NCBI GenBank assembly: GCA_044440125.1 | Contig: JBITAJ010000022.1 | Coordinates: forward strand, 224,001-288,000 | DNA length: 64,000 nucleotides | DNA from: Sedimentisphaeraceae bacterium JB056 | Lineage (GTDB): Bacteria > Planctomycetota > Phycisphaerae > Sedimentisphaerales > Sedimentisphaeraceae | Direction: 5' to 3' | Shown: positions 38,308 through 48,421 of the stretch, one piece after another | How positions within the stretch are numbered: position 1 is the first letter of the stretch | How the letters are laid out: the number at the start of each line of letters is the position of its first letter | Program-made: the position numbers and the translations under genes | The notes under the pieces: model-generated | What the model was told of the DNA's origin: nothing | The model's input: the letters and a program-made list of their open reading frames with translations, nothing else | The model's database searches: none

Positions 38308-40449
38308 TTAATCATTAATATCAGGTGCAAATTCCTGCTCTTTATCAATTGCAACTTTCCCAACCGTATCAGTCAAACCAGTATACCCCGGGCCACCACC
38401 GGCAACGAAGCCATCACTGCGTCCGTTTTGATCACTACTCACCCAGAAGGAATAAAGACTGCCGTTAGTCAGTTCAAAATAAAATTTCACCGGTTTGCCC
38501 GCAAGAGCTGAAAGGCTTTTACCGTCTTTCCATTTCATTTGAGCTATAGTACTGTCACCGCTGAATGCAATGCTGTTTTCAATCGTAAACGGTTCGATTG
38601 CATTGCCATCTAAATCACGTACTTCGGCACGAATGCATCCACTGGAAACAGCATTTATGAACAGATAATCACCGGGAAATTTCAACGGCCGAGTTAATAT
38701 ACTTCCCTTTTTATCACCAGCATCAAGCGAAACAAAACCATCTCGCCTCATAAAAGCAACACCGGTACTGCCGTTATCATACATTCCGGTCTGTATCCAT
38801 ATTCCATTTGGATTCGAGGCATCCCCTCTGAACCCACTATAATAAAACCACAGTTTATCACCACGTACAGTACATATGTTTCCTACGGATTGTACATAGC
38901 CCCGATCCCATACATCTTTCCTTTCGGCAGAAATATGGGCCCGACGATCCGGACGTGACCAATGGAATCCATCACGACTATACGCAAACATTAATTCCGT
39001 TATCTTAGGTAATCCAGCCTCGTCACATTTATCGTTTGGCGGACCATGATGTATCTCAAAAAAACCAAGCATTATACTCTCGTAAGCAACTGCATCAAAA
39101 TTATAAAGCTGTGGTTCTCTACCAGTAAGATAATCACGAGGATCTAACCTATCAGTCATCAACCATGGAACCTTTTGAGAATTGGACCATTTCGCACCCT
39201 TGAGAAAATCATCACACTCGTAATAATCTCTGGCTCGTCCTTTTCCGGAAAAGGATGTACGAAGACTGTATACCCATTTTTTTCTAAATGGATTGTAGAA
39301 ATGGGTACTTCTGTCGCCGGTTAAGCCTGTTTCAATACGTTTAGTCCAGTGAATACCATCAGGAGAAGTGAGGCTCCAGCCAGGCATAGTACCCCCCGGA
39401 GGCCGCATAAACAGCGTCCATTTTTCTTCCGAATTCTCGGCGTCAGGATTTGGGAAAACCGTCCAAGAATCAGCAGTAAGATCAGTCGGTAATACCTGAT
39501 TGGTTCCCGGCACTATATCAAGTTCGGGACGATCCCAGTTTATCCCATCGCGGCTGGTCGCGTAAGCAATAGTTCCGATCCAACCCGCCTCATACCACAT
39601 CTTAAATAACTGTTGTTCAGGATCCCACCATATTCCTCCACTTTTCGGAGCGGCAACCGCATTGCCCGGATATCCATTGTAATATGGAACACTGCGGACA
39701 GCATTTATCTCTAATTTGGTCTTCGGCTCAAGTATTGGATTGCCTTTGTACTTCTCCGGTTTATGATAAGAACGCCGCAAGTCTGTGCTCTCTATGAGAA
39801 AATCGTCAACAAATAATTGCCGCCCTATATCTATGTTTATCAACTTCGGGGGATCATTCAGGTATGGTACCGGCATAGGTTCATCAGCAACAGGGTCAAT
39901 ATTACACGGCGGCCAAATCTCAGGCAGACGAATACCATTATAGAGAAGCTCTCCTGAATTGACACTCCACGGTTTATCTTCCATCTTTTCAGCATCACAA
40001 AAACCAAGCACTACAACATATTTACCCAGACGATAGTTCTCGCCTTTCTTAACATTCTTTTTAAAGGCTGAAACACGATTCCAATCTTTGTCACCAAAAA
40101 GCTGGAAAGGCGGGATTTCAATACGACCAAACCCCAATCCCTGTAGCGAATCTGCACAAGAACCGTATTGTGCATCCTTGTAAGGAGTCAATACTACCAA
40201 CATGCCATCCTCTTTTATTCTTATAAAAGAGGAGTCTATAGTATCTACAAGCATCTGCAAGCCTTTAAGTGATTCAGGGCATTCACTGACAGCATAATCA
40301 CGATTCGTAAAAATATTCGCGCCAACTTCAAAAGTAATTACATTACAGTCACCCCTGTAAATAATTGAAGCCATTTTATCATTTTGCCGTGACATTTCTG
40401 CAGTAACAACAGGCAAAAAGATTAATATTGCCAATAACGTTTTTCTCAT
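38308..40449 (-). CDS. Secreted five-bladed beta-propeller glycoside-hydrolase-like protein with an N-terminal accessory domain
   Basis: RQLFVDDFLIE, KYKGNPIL, YATSRDGINW, SPDGIHW, YSRDGFHW, RRDGFVSL. Confidence 0.75.
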   Translation of the reverse strand: MRKTLLAILIFLPVVTAEMSRQNDKMASIIYRGDCNVITFEVGANIFTNRDYAVSECPESLKGLQMLVDTIDSSFIRIKEDGMLVVLTPYKDAQYGSCADSLQGLGFGRIEIPPFQLFGDKDWNRVSAFKKNVKKGENYRLGKYVVVLGFCDAEKMEDKPWSVNSGELLYNGIRLPEIWPPCNIDPVADEPMPVPYLNDPPKLINIDIGRQLFVDDFLIESTDLRRSYHKPEKYKGNPILEPKTKLEINAVRSVPYYNGYPGNAVAAPKSGGIWWDPEQQLFKMWYEAGWIGTIAYATSRDGINWDRPELDIVPGTNQVLPTDLTADSWTVFPNPDAENSEEKWTLFMRPPGGTMPGWSLTSPDGIHWTKRIETGLTGDRSTHFYNPFRKKWVYSLRTSFSGKGRARDYYECDDFLKGAKWSNSQKVPWLMTDRLDPRDYLTGREPQLYNFDAVAYESIMLGFFEIHHGPPNDKCDEAGLPKITELMFAYSRDGFHWSRPDRRAHISAERKDVWDRGYVQSVGNICTVRGDKLWFYYSGFRGDASNPNGIWIQTGMYDNGSTGVAFMRRDGFVSLDAGDKKGSILTRPLKFPGDYLFINAVSSGCIRAEVRDLDGNAIEPFTIENSIAFSGDSTIAQMKWKDGKSLSALAGKPVKFYFELTNGSLYSFWVSSDQNGRSDGFVAGGGPGYTGLTDTVGKVAIDKEQEFAPDIND

Positions 40450-40451
40450 AT

Positions 40452-41390
40452 TTATTCCTTATTCACAAAACCAGACTTCTCAAGATATCTCATGCTTTCT
40501 GAAAGATTCCTATAAACATCCTCTTCACTTCCGCCAGAAGCGAGCTCAATAGCAACATATTCACAATCATTCTCTGCCAATCTCGAGAATACAAAATTAA
40601 ATGGAAGCGGATTGCAGGTAAGCGTCTGCTGCGAAGTCCCATTCCTGGCTGATTTCAAATGCACATATGAAAGTTTATATCCAAATTCATCAAGCAGTTT
40701 TTTAACCTGCTCAGGAGTTATGTCAATTTGGGAGTTAGTGAAAAAGTTAGCAGTATCAAACTGCCACAATACATTCTCACCACTTTGTTCCAGAATTTCA
40801 GCAAAACCATAGTAAGGTTTACCGCGTCCATCAATGTCACCATTACTATTTTCAACAACAAGCGTTAATCCATACCTAGCCGCTATATCGGAAGCCTTGT
40901 GAACACGATTAATGGCTTCATGAAATTCTTCCTCAGTCCATCCCATTTTGGCAGAACAGGAACTGTACTCTCTATTTGCAGCTAAAGCTCGACAAAAACC
41001 CGGCCCACTAAATAAAGCTGCACGTTTGGCCTGGAGCTCAAAAACATCAATAAAATCTGAATCAAGCAACCCTCTCTGCGAAGAATAAACCATCTCAATA
41101 TTTTTGCTGCGAGCATATCGAGCTATTTCCGCACATTCAGTCTCACTTAGACAGACATCAGGATCGCGAAGCTCTATCCAATCATAATCATTTTCACAAG
41201 CATAATTTACAAATTTCAATGAGCTTTCTAATGAAACATCACTTACCTCAAGAAAGTTCTGAGTAGTAAATCCCAACTTGATTTCGTGACTTCCTTCTTT
41301 CCGCAAACGTTCACCATTAACGCAACTGCTGCATAAGAAAACTGCTGCTAAACATATAACAATAATTATTTTATAAAACGATTTCGTCAT
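40452..41390 (-). CDS. Sugar phosphate isomerase/epimerase-like TIM barrel, probable lipoprotein
   Basis: Lipobox-like LCSSC, and metal-ligand pattern VVEN...FDTAN...HLK...IE. Confidence 0.75.
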   Translation of the reverse strand: MTKSFYKIIIVICLAAVFLCSSCVNGERLRKEGSHEIKLGFTTQNFLEVSDVSLESSLKFVNYACENDYDWIELRDPDVCLSETECAEIARYARSKNIEMVYSSQRGLLDSDFIDVFELQAKRAALFSGPGFCRALAANREYSSCSAKMGWTEEEFHEAINRVHKASDIAARYGLTLVVENSNGDIDGRGKPYYGFAEILEQSGENVLWQFDTANFFTNSQIDITPEQVKKLLDEFGYKLSYVHLKSARNGTSQQTLTCNPLPFNFVFSRLAENDCEYVAIELASGGSEEDVYRNLSESMRYLEKSGFVNKE

Positions 41391-41459
41391 ATCTCAAACC
41401 TTATTTAGTAATCACACTATATTGTCACATAAGAATTATAGCAAAGTAACTAAAACATC

Positions 41460-41498
41460 AAACACCATTATGCGTACAACAAAACACCTTATTGCGAC
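41460..41498. promoter_or_regulatory. Direct repeat with 22-bp period, candidate XylR/AraC-type binding sites
   Basis: AAACACCATTATGCG and AAACACCTTATTGCG lie in the divergent intergenic region next to xylR. Confidence 0.4.
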
Positions 41499-41578
41499 AC
41501 AATAAACCTTGAATATTAAGTTTATAGCATTATAATAGATTAAACAAATAGAAAACTACTCATTTTGCGACTATACAT

Positions 41579-42718
41579 ATGACCAAAGCCAAAAAAGTTG
41601 CCCTGCTTATAGAAACCTCGACTTCCTATGGCAGAACATTAATAAGAGGAATTCTGCAGTATGCCAATGCCGCAACATCATGGATACTCTACAATGAGCC
41701 GCGAGGGTTCAGCGATGAACTCCCAAGTCTTTCAGGGCGTAATTTTGATGGCATTATAATGAGAGATACAAAGGGGAATATGCCTCTTCTAAAGCTTGGA
41801 ATACCAACAGTTGTCTCAATACGCTATGAAAAACAAATAGACAACGTACCCAATATAATCAGTGATTCTGAAAAAATTGGCAAACTCGCCGCCGAGTACC
41901 TGACCTCGAAAGGTTTTGAAAATTTTGCATTTTGTGGATTTGACAATATGCCATGGTCATTGGAGCGCGAAAAAGTATTTAGAAATGCAATAAACGGCAA
42001 GACATACGTTTTCCAGAAAAACAATAAACAAGCTGACTACAATAGACAACTAAAAGAAATGTCTCACTGGCTCAAATCGCTGCCAAAGCCCATTGGTTTA
42101 ATGGCGTGTAATGATGTCAGAGGAGCAAACGTGATTGAAGCCTGTAAATTGGCCAACATCAAAATACCGCAGGAAATATCCATACTTGGTGTTAACGATG
42201 ATGACATGATATGCGAAATGACCTCTCCGCCATTGTCTAGCATATCTCTCGATATCGCTCGAGGAGGCTATGAAGCGGCCAGAACATTAGACATAATGAT
42301 GAGAGAAGGTATTGACAATATCAGCAATATTATTATAAAACCTAAAGATGTAGTCACTCGATCATCAACGAATATTCTCACAATTGATGACCCGGACGTC
42401 GCCCGGGCACTTTATTTCATATCAGAAAACAGCAGACAGAACATACAAGTCACTGATGTTGCTGACCATGTCGGTATTAACAGACGCAGCCTTGAAAGGC
42501 GATTTAGAAAAACTCTGAATAAAAGTGTATACGATGAAATTAAACGGATTAGAATAGAAACCATGTCTAAAATGCTGACAGAAACAGACATACCGATTTC
42601 TGAAATAGCATATAAAATGGGCTTCAATGATGCTAATCATATAGCAAGATATTTCAAACTTGAAAAGGGAATTTCACCTCTTGATTACCGCAAATCGCAC
42701 GCCGCAGATTCACTGTAA
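41579..42718 (+). CDS. XylR-family regulator (LacI-type sensor plus AraC HTH)
   Basis: KVALLIETSTSYGR, LPKPIGLMACND, RRSLERRF, C-terminal AraC HTH. Confidence 0.93.
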   Translation: MTKAKKVALLIETSTSYGRTLIRGILQYANAATSWILYNEPRGFSDELPSLSGRNFDGIIMRDTKGNMPLLKLGIPTVVSIRYEKQIDNVPNIISDSEKIGKLAAEYLTSKGFENFAFCGFDNMPWSLEREKVFRNAINGKTYVFQKNNKQADYNRQLKEMSHWLKSLPKPIGLMACNDVRGANVIEACKLANIKIPQEISILGVNDDDMICEMTSPPLSSISLDIARGGYEAARTLDIMMREGIDNISNIIIKPKDVVTRSSTNILTIDDPDVARALYFISENSRQNIQVTDVADHVGINRRSLERRFRKTLNKSVYDEIKRIRIETMSKMLTETDIPISEIAYKMGFNDANHIARYFKLEKGISPLDYRKSHAADSL

Positions 42719-42759
42719 CTTCCAACTAATTCAGCAATCATATACTCCAGGATTTAGCA

Positions 42760-45177
42760 TCACCATACTATCTGGAGACTGCCTGTAACATTTCTCAGGA
42801 TACAGCACTCCTGAATCGGGTCATATTCATACTCAAGCCAATCGCCTGTAATAAAAGGCCACTGCGGCTGATGAAGCACCCTTACTTTATCACCCGACTC
42901 TGGCGGACAATAGAAACGCAACGTCGCATTTTTGAGCCCATCAACGGAAATTCGCCGACTAACGCCAACCTCTCCAGATATTTGCTCTTTGCATGAAATC
43001 TCTGATTCATCAGCTTGTTCAACGAAAACACGGCACTCATATCGCCATGCTCGTGGGAAACGGTAATGTGAACACCCGCCAGAAAGCAAAGTTTCCAGAC
43101 CGATAAGAATCGGAGCCCCCTGCGGCATCTTCCAGCTTACGCCTGCTGTTGTATTTCTCGAGTATCCCGAAAAATAGAATGCCCCTTTGTTTCTCGAAAT
43201 ACAGAACGACGGTGAACGCTGGAGCCGGTTCTGTTTATCAACATTGAACTCATAACCAAAAATCGCAAGCATCTGCCTGAACAAGAGAGATGCATCGGCA
43301 TATTTCTGCCTGTCATACTCTTTTAGCAAATGACAATCTTTGACATAACTTCCTGAATTACTGCCTCTAATCCAAGCCGCCGTTCCCTTACCGGCAGTAC
43401 AATTAACAGCATAAGCCCTTGTCTGTCTGCCGTCAGAAACACTTGCTAAAATCTGTGTTCTTTTACTTACTCCGCAGCATCCGCCGCCAGAGGCCAGTTC
43501 CTCATGCATAAGCGATTTAGGCGAAGAAGCCAATTCATCACTGCCTTTCAGAGACCAATCAAGCGAAAGCTCTCCGCTTATCGAAGATTCCAATTCAATA
43601 CCCAAAAGATCAAGAATCCTCTGATCAGCATTTCTTGCCGGCCCATAGAACAAGACATTGCCGCGATCAACAATAAACTTCACCAGAGAATCTACAACTT
43701 CCGCCCCTTCAGAAGGCAACGGGGTTACGATTACACTACCGGAAAGTTTTTCAGGAGCCCGCTTGCATACATCTGAAAAACCGAAAGAAGATACGACTGT
43801 ATTCAGCGGCACAGAATCATTTATAACATCACGAATAAACCAGTCACCAAAGAACACTTCTTCAAGCTGTGGGTCATCACCAAACGTCTGATCATGGTAC
43901 TGATCGAAAGGATACAACCATACTAACGGCCCCGCCGCATCCGGAGCATTCTTCAATCCTTCGTTAAAATGAGGCGTAATTTCAAGCGGACATTCTATTG
44001 GCATCCTGCCGTAAGAATCGTCTACCGTAAGGAGTTCAACTGCCGCCGCGGTCTCAGTATCACCGTTATTGTCTATCCTTGATACTGCCAGAGGCATATA
44101 TATATCATGATAATTTTTACCATAACGATCAATCCATGGGCTGTTGAGCCACCACGGATCATGCACATAAAACCGAAATACAAAATAAGGGTTATCCTTC
44201 GGAACCTCCGCTATATGCGACATATAGCCAGCAAGTTCAAGGCCGAAATCACCATCAATTGCCGCCCAAGGTGAATTCGGAGGAGTTGTCATATTAAAAC
44301 CACCGTTATAGATGCCCTTCAAATCAACAGCATCGGTTGACAAATCTACGCCTGTTGTAAGATTTGTACCTCTGGTCTCAATCAAATAATTGGGGCATTC
44401 TCTTCGGAAATTGTGCCAGAACGCAACTACTCTTTCACGAAGTTCCGCAGCCTTTTCTGAATCAAAAAATTCACCATCAAACAGCAGACCAGGAACTTGC
44501 CATGTTTCAGTACCAAAGCCAAACCCATTAGACAGCCAGATATAATCAAATCCCATATCATCCATAAAACATTGGGATTGTCTGCCAAGAAAAGTTCCGA
44601 TATGAGTACCTTCAGCAATGCCATCAGGAAAACCTGCATACGAAACATTATCTGCCTTAAGCGTAGAGACGCAAGCCACAAACTTATTTTGTCCCTTGCC
44701 AATGGAATCCGCTATGCAGATTTCAGGATGCCTCTCATACTTAAACGGAGATTTAGCAAACTCCGGCCCTGGATCGAATGTTGTGCCTACTCTCACCTGC
44801 TTGCCAAGCAGATTCGAGCCAACGCGTTTTATCGACTCGACAATCCGCTTCAAGTCACAGTAAGTTATAGTGGCCGGTTTTTCCGTATATAGATAGAATG
44901 TCGAATGAAGACATTTTCCATCAGGATCACGCACAACATTACCCTTTGGATTAGCCCCGCCAATATATTTTGCCCATTCAATCTCTGCATCAAGGTTCCC
45001 GCGATAATCGAGCAATTCCGAGCCATCGGCTGTCCATAGCAACACAGAAACAATATTTGCATTGTCAGTCAAACTCTTCCACTGACTGAACAGCTCACGG
45101 CACACACCTTCTACATACTCATCCTCTGTCCGCAAAAACGGCTTAAGACTCATCTCAAGTGTAACATTCTTCAACAT
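42760..45177 (-). CDS. Conserved hypothetical cytoplasmic protein (possible carbohydrate-active TIM barrel)
   Basis: 805-aa ORF without a signal peptide, co-oriented with the isomerase. Motifs TFDPGPEF, DYIWLSNGFGFG and HDPWW. Confidence 0.65.
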   Translation of the reverse strand: MLKNVTLEMSLKPFLRTEDEYVEGVCRELFSQWKSLTDNANIVSVLLWTADGSELLDYRGNLDAEIEWAKYIGGANPKGNVVRDPDGKCLHSTFYLYTEKPATITYCDLKRIVESIKRVGSNLLGKQVRVGTTFDPGPEFAKSPFKYERHPEICIADSIGKGQNKFVACVSTLKADNVSYAGFPDGIAEGTHIGTFLGRQSQCFMDDMGFDYIWLSNGFGFGTETWQVPGLLFDGEFFDSEKAAELRERVVAFWHNFRRECPNYLIETRGTNLTTGVDLSTDAVDLKGIYNGGFNMTTPPNSPWAAIDGDFGLELAGYMSHIAEVPKDNPYFVFRFYVHDPWWLNSPWIDRYGKNYHDIYMPLAVSRIDNNGDTETAAAVELLTVDDSYGRMPIECPLEITPHFNEGLKNAPDAAGPLVWLYPFDQYHDQTFGDDPQLEEVFFGDWFIRDVINDSVPLNTVVSSFGFSDVCKRAPEKLSGSVIVTPLPSEGAEVVDSLVKFIVDRGNVLFYGPARNADQRILDLLGIELESSISGELSLDWSLKGSDELASSPKSLMHEELASGGGCCGVSKRTQILASVSDGRQTRAYAVNCTAGKGTAAWIRGSNSGSYVKDCHLLKEYDRQKYADASLLFRQMLAIFGYEFNVDKQNRLQRSPSFCISRNKGAFYFSGYSRNTTAGVSWKMPQGAPILIGLETLLSGGCSHYRFPRAWRYECRVFVEQADESEISCKEQISGEVGVSRRISVDGLKNATLRFYCPPESGDKVRVLHQPQWPFITGDWLEYEYDPIQECCILRNVTGSLQIVW

Positions 45178-45195
45178 ACTTCACCTCTCTATATC

Positions 45196-46683
45196 TTATG
45201 CTTCCCTTGCAACAACAACACATTCAATATCAAGCGTTTTAGCAAGCATCTCTATCTCTTTTGCCTTATGTCCAATTCCAAGAGCAAGGTGATGCGTAGG
45301 CCCTTCAATCGACCATTTTTCAATAAAGGTCGCAACATCAGGTTTAAACTTGCCTCTTGTATTGGTATTTCCTGTTGCCGGAACAATACCCGCAACAGAC
45401 TCACCTTCAGCAACCACAAACTTGAATCTGCCATCGAATGTCTGGGTAATACCAAGCATAGTAATAGGGCCGTTCTTCAATGCAAACTCAACACTTGGGC
45501 CGCTGCCTCTTTTGCCGTGAAGGACACTGAGGCTTCTAAGTATCGGTTGGCCTTCGGCAATCTTTATATGATGAGGCCCATCATGGCCTACAAGTACAAA
45601 GTCTCCATCAAAATCAAGCGGATGAAGCTCCGCAAAAGAACCGCCGGCACCAAGACGATCCATAATCATCATCGCAACACAGTTCTTTATATCATACTCA
45701 CCGGCAATAGGCACACCCCTGCCTGTAAGCAGTGAAGCACCGACTATAAGGCTGCATCCAAGCTTCTCATATGTATTTCCTGCAAGCCCTCTGTAATAGT
45801 AAGCAAGTCCGTCAAGCTTGAAATCCTCTACAAGCTTATCCATTGCCAACGAGACCTTCGCAACCCATTTCAGCTCTTCAGGATCAACCTCACCTGCCAA
45901 AGGATCACTGCCCGGTTTTGGGAAATGGAATATATCCTTTATAAGCCCAACTCGATTTTCAACATCCGAATCGCTTATGCCGTCAACGCATTTCTGAAGG
46001 TCGTCCATTTCTATGTGTTCAACATGCATTCCAAACTTGCCGTCAAACATTGTAGGATCGGAGTTCATATCAAGCATGCCCTCATAAACATGTCCCATAA
46101 GCCCAATGTGTGATTTGCGAAGAGCATTGAGACAACGCCCCACTTCAAGCCATGACTTAAGCTTCTTGGCAACACGCTTGTCGCCGTTGAGCTGGCCGAC
46201 TATTATATCAGCAGGCTTGACACCCGACCTGAGCATCGCACAGCTTATCTCCGGCAAACTTGTCACATTGTCATTCTCCAATTGCTTTACAGTCGTAGCA
46301 TTCTCATAATCAAGATGAGCATCAGGCTGAAGCGCTACAAGCAGCACAGGTCTGCCGACTTTCTGCACAACCGGCAAAGCGTTCGATGAAACACTGTAAG
46401 TAAAGACATTGCAAATCAGCAAGTCAACGTCAAGAGCATTAAGCTTCAACCCTGCCTCATAAGCCTTAGCTGAGTTATCAACTACACCGGCATCTTCAAC
46501 GTGAAAACCCATATCAGTCAACTGCTTGGCAAATGTGTTATGATGAGCTATTAGCTTATCCTTTAATCCAGCAAATTGCGGCCAGTAAGTTTCAAGGCCA
46601 ACCGCAAACAAACCAACCTTAACAGGCAAACTTTCACGCTTAAAATATGATTCAAAAACTTCATTCATCGTATATACCTTCAA
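45196..46683 (-). CDS. L-fucose/L-arabinose isomerase-family protein
   Basis: GLETYWPQF, GEYD, GHDGPHH, GPTHH. Confidence 0.85.
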   Translation of the reverse strand: MKVYTMNEVFESYFKRESLPVKVGLFAVGLETYWPQFAGLKDKLIAHHNTFAKQLTDMGFHVEDAGVVDNSAKAYEAGLKLNALDVDLLICNVFTYSVSSNALPVVQKVGRPVLLVALQPDAHLDYENATTVKQLENDNVTSLPEISCAMLRSGVKPADIIVGQLNGDKRVAKKLKSWLEVGRCLNALRKSHIGLMGHVYEGMLDMNSDPTMFDGKFGMHVEHIEMDDLQKCVDGISDSDVENRVGLIKDIFHFPKPGSDPLAGEVDPEELKWVAKVSLAMDKLVEDFKLDGLAYYYRGLAGNTYEKLGCSLIVGASLLTGRGVPIAGEYDIKNCVAMMIMDRLGAGGSFAELHPLDFDGDFVLVGHDGPHHIKIAEGQPILRSLSVLHGKRGSGPSVEFALKNGPITMLGITQTFDGRFKFVVAEGESVAGIVPATGNTNTRGKFKPDVATFIEKWSIEGPTHHLALGIGHKAKEIEMLAKTLDIECVVVAREA

Positions 46684-46732
46684 TTATATATTCTTTATTT
46701 TTTCAATTGGTCGCAATAACAGCCTTATCATT

Positions 46733-47479
46733 TCAACCCCATTGTTCGGTTAACTGTTTTGCGGCCTTCCTGAGTTGATCAAGTATATCGGTTTTAATCT
46801 CTTGAGAAAAACGAACAGTAGGCATGCTTATTCCCAAAGCCGCTATTATCTGACCAGAGCTGTCCTTAACCGAAACCGCAACAGCGCTCACTCCTTCCAC
46901 TGCCTCATCCGATGTTACCGCATACCCCTGCTTCCTCACAGTTATCAATTCCTGCAGGATATCATCTTCGCCGCAGATAGTCTTATCAGTAAACTGCTTC
47001 AGGTCGTGCTGTTTGAGAAAGCTTGCAAGAATATCGTTACTCATTGAAGCAAGTAATATTTTGCCATAACCTGTTGCATGCGCATACCCCATGTCATCAC
47101 CCGACTCTTCAACACGCAACTGCCTGTTGGCTGTTATATGCAGAATCTTTGATATAACGCCTTGCTCAACGGCTGCAAGCACTGCGGTCTCACCAACCTC
47201 ACTAACAAGAGCCTCAACAACAGGCTTAGCACTTTCTGCCATTACATTGTCAATCTGAAAACCTTTTGAAAGTTTGAGCAGCTTCACACCAAGTCGATAT
47301 TTCTTATTATCATCCTGCCATAGATAACCTCTGCTGCTGAGAGTAGAAGCTATATTGTGAGCACTGGTCAAGCCAATATCAACACGCCGTGCAAGCTCCC
47401 TTACGCCAAGCCCCATAGGTTCTTTCGATATTTCTTCTATTATACTCAGGCTTTTGTCTACACTTTGAATCAATCCCAT
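46733..47479 (-). CDS. IclR-family regulator
   Basis: IQSVDKSLSI HTH, HATGYGK, RKQGYA...EGVSAVA. Confidence 0.93.
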   Translation of the reverse strand: MGLIQSVDKSLSIIEEISKEPMGLGVRELARRVDIGLTSAHNIASTLSSRGYLWQDDNKKYRLGVKLLKLSKGFQIDNVMAESAKPVVEALVSEVGETAVLAAVEQGVISKILHITANRQLRVEESGDDMGYAHATGYGKILLASMSNDILASFLKQHDLKQFTDKTICGEDDILQELITVRKQGYAVTSDEAVEGVSAVAVSVKDSSGQIIAALGISMPTVRFSQEIKTDILDQLRKAAKQLTEQWG

Positions 47480-47527
47480 TTTGCTTCCTGTTCTTTATTA
47501 AGGAACACTGTTTCTTTTAATAAAACA

Positions 47528-47556
47528 ATATTACATTTTTGCAACGAATATGTCAA
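47528..47556 (-). promoter_or_regulatory. Sigma70-like promoter for the iclR-isomerase operon
   Basis: Minus strand TTGACA-N17-TAATAT, with an imperfect palindrome TGTTTCTTTTAATAAAACA just downstream. Confidence 0.55.
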
Positions 47557-47628
47557 CATGTAAAATCCCTAAAATGCGTAGAATCAAAATTATATTTTGC
47601 TTATAGATGGCTATTAAACAAATTTTTC

Positions 47629-47659
47629 TTGACATTAAACATGTTTTGATGTATCAAAA
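47629..47659 (+). promoter_or_regulatory. Sigma70-like promoter with overlapping palindromic operator for the gntR operon
   Basis: TTGACA-N17-TATCAA. The palindrome TTTTGATgtATCAAAA (47644-47659) covers the -10 element. Confidence 0.55.
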
Positions 47660-47705
47660 TAGGGATTAAAAACAGTATCACAGAAATATAATAAAGATTA
47701 ATGAT

Positions 47706-48407
47706 GTGGCAAATATAGATTTTACTACAAAATTAGACAATGAGCACATGGAAATCACCCTCTCGCAACGAGTATACACTGCCCTGCGAGATGAGATTGT
47801 AGGCGGCCATTTAAAACCTGGCACTCGCCTTACAAGACGTGGAATAAGCAAAAAGCTTGGAGTAAGCCAAAACCCTGTGACCGAAGCACTCATGCGGCTG
47901 GAAATGGATGGTTTCGTAGAGAACAAGCCTCTATACGGCTGCCGTGTACGAATTTTGACTATTGACGACATAGAGAACGATCAAATACTTAGAGAGGCCA
48001 TTGAATGCCAACTCGCAAGATTATGCTGCCAGAATGCAGAACCGCAAGAAATCAAGATTTTAGAGCAAAAGGCTGCTGAATTGGACAGGATTACCGCACA
48101 AGGAGACCCGCAATCAAGCCTCGGAATGAAAATGCACCTCGATTTCCATATACTTATAGGTAAAGCAGGAAAGAAATGTCCATATTTAATTGACGAACTT
48201 GAACGAGTATGGCTTAGGAGTTTGATGCGGCTGAATTGGATAAAAAGTTCACTGTTTGGAAAATTACCGGACAACTGGCATACTGAGCTTGTAAAAGCGT
48301 TGAAAGGCAAAGCCCCTGATATCGCAGAGAAGGCGATGAGATCGCATGTAAAGAAGAATGAACAATATGATATTGAATCTCTTGAGATAATACAGAAAGA
48401 AAAGTAA
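47706..48407 (+). CDS. GntR-family regulator (FCD domain)
   Basis: LKPGTRL...LGVSQNPVTEALMRLE HTH, FH and WH...H metal residues. Confidence 0.9.
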   Translation: MANIDFTTKLDNEHMEITLSQRVYTALRDEIVGGHLKPGTRLTRRGISKKLGVSQNPVTEALMRLEMDGFVENKPLYGCRVRILTIDDIENDQILREAIECQLARLCCQNAEPQEIKILEQKAAELDRITAQGDPQSSLGMKMHLDFHILIGKAGKKCPYLIDELERVWLRSLMRLNWIKSSLFGKLPDNWHTELVKALKGKAPDIAEKAMRSHVKKNEQYDIESLEIIQKEK

Positions 48408-48421
48408 TAGGTATAAAATTC

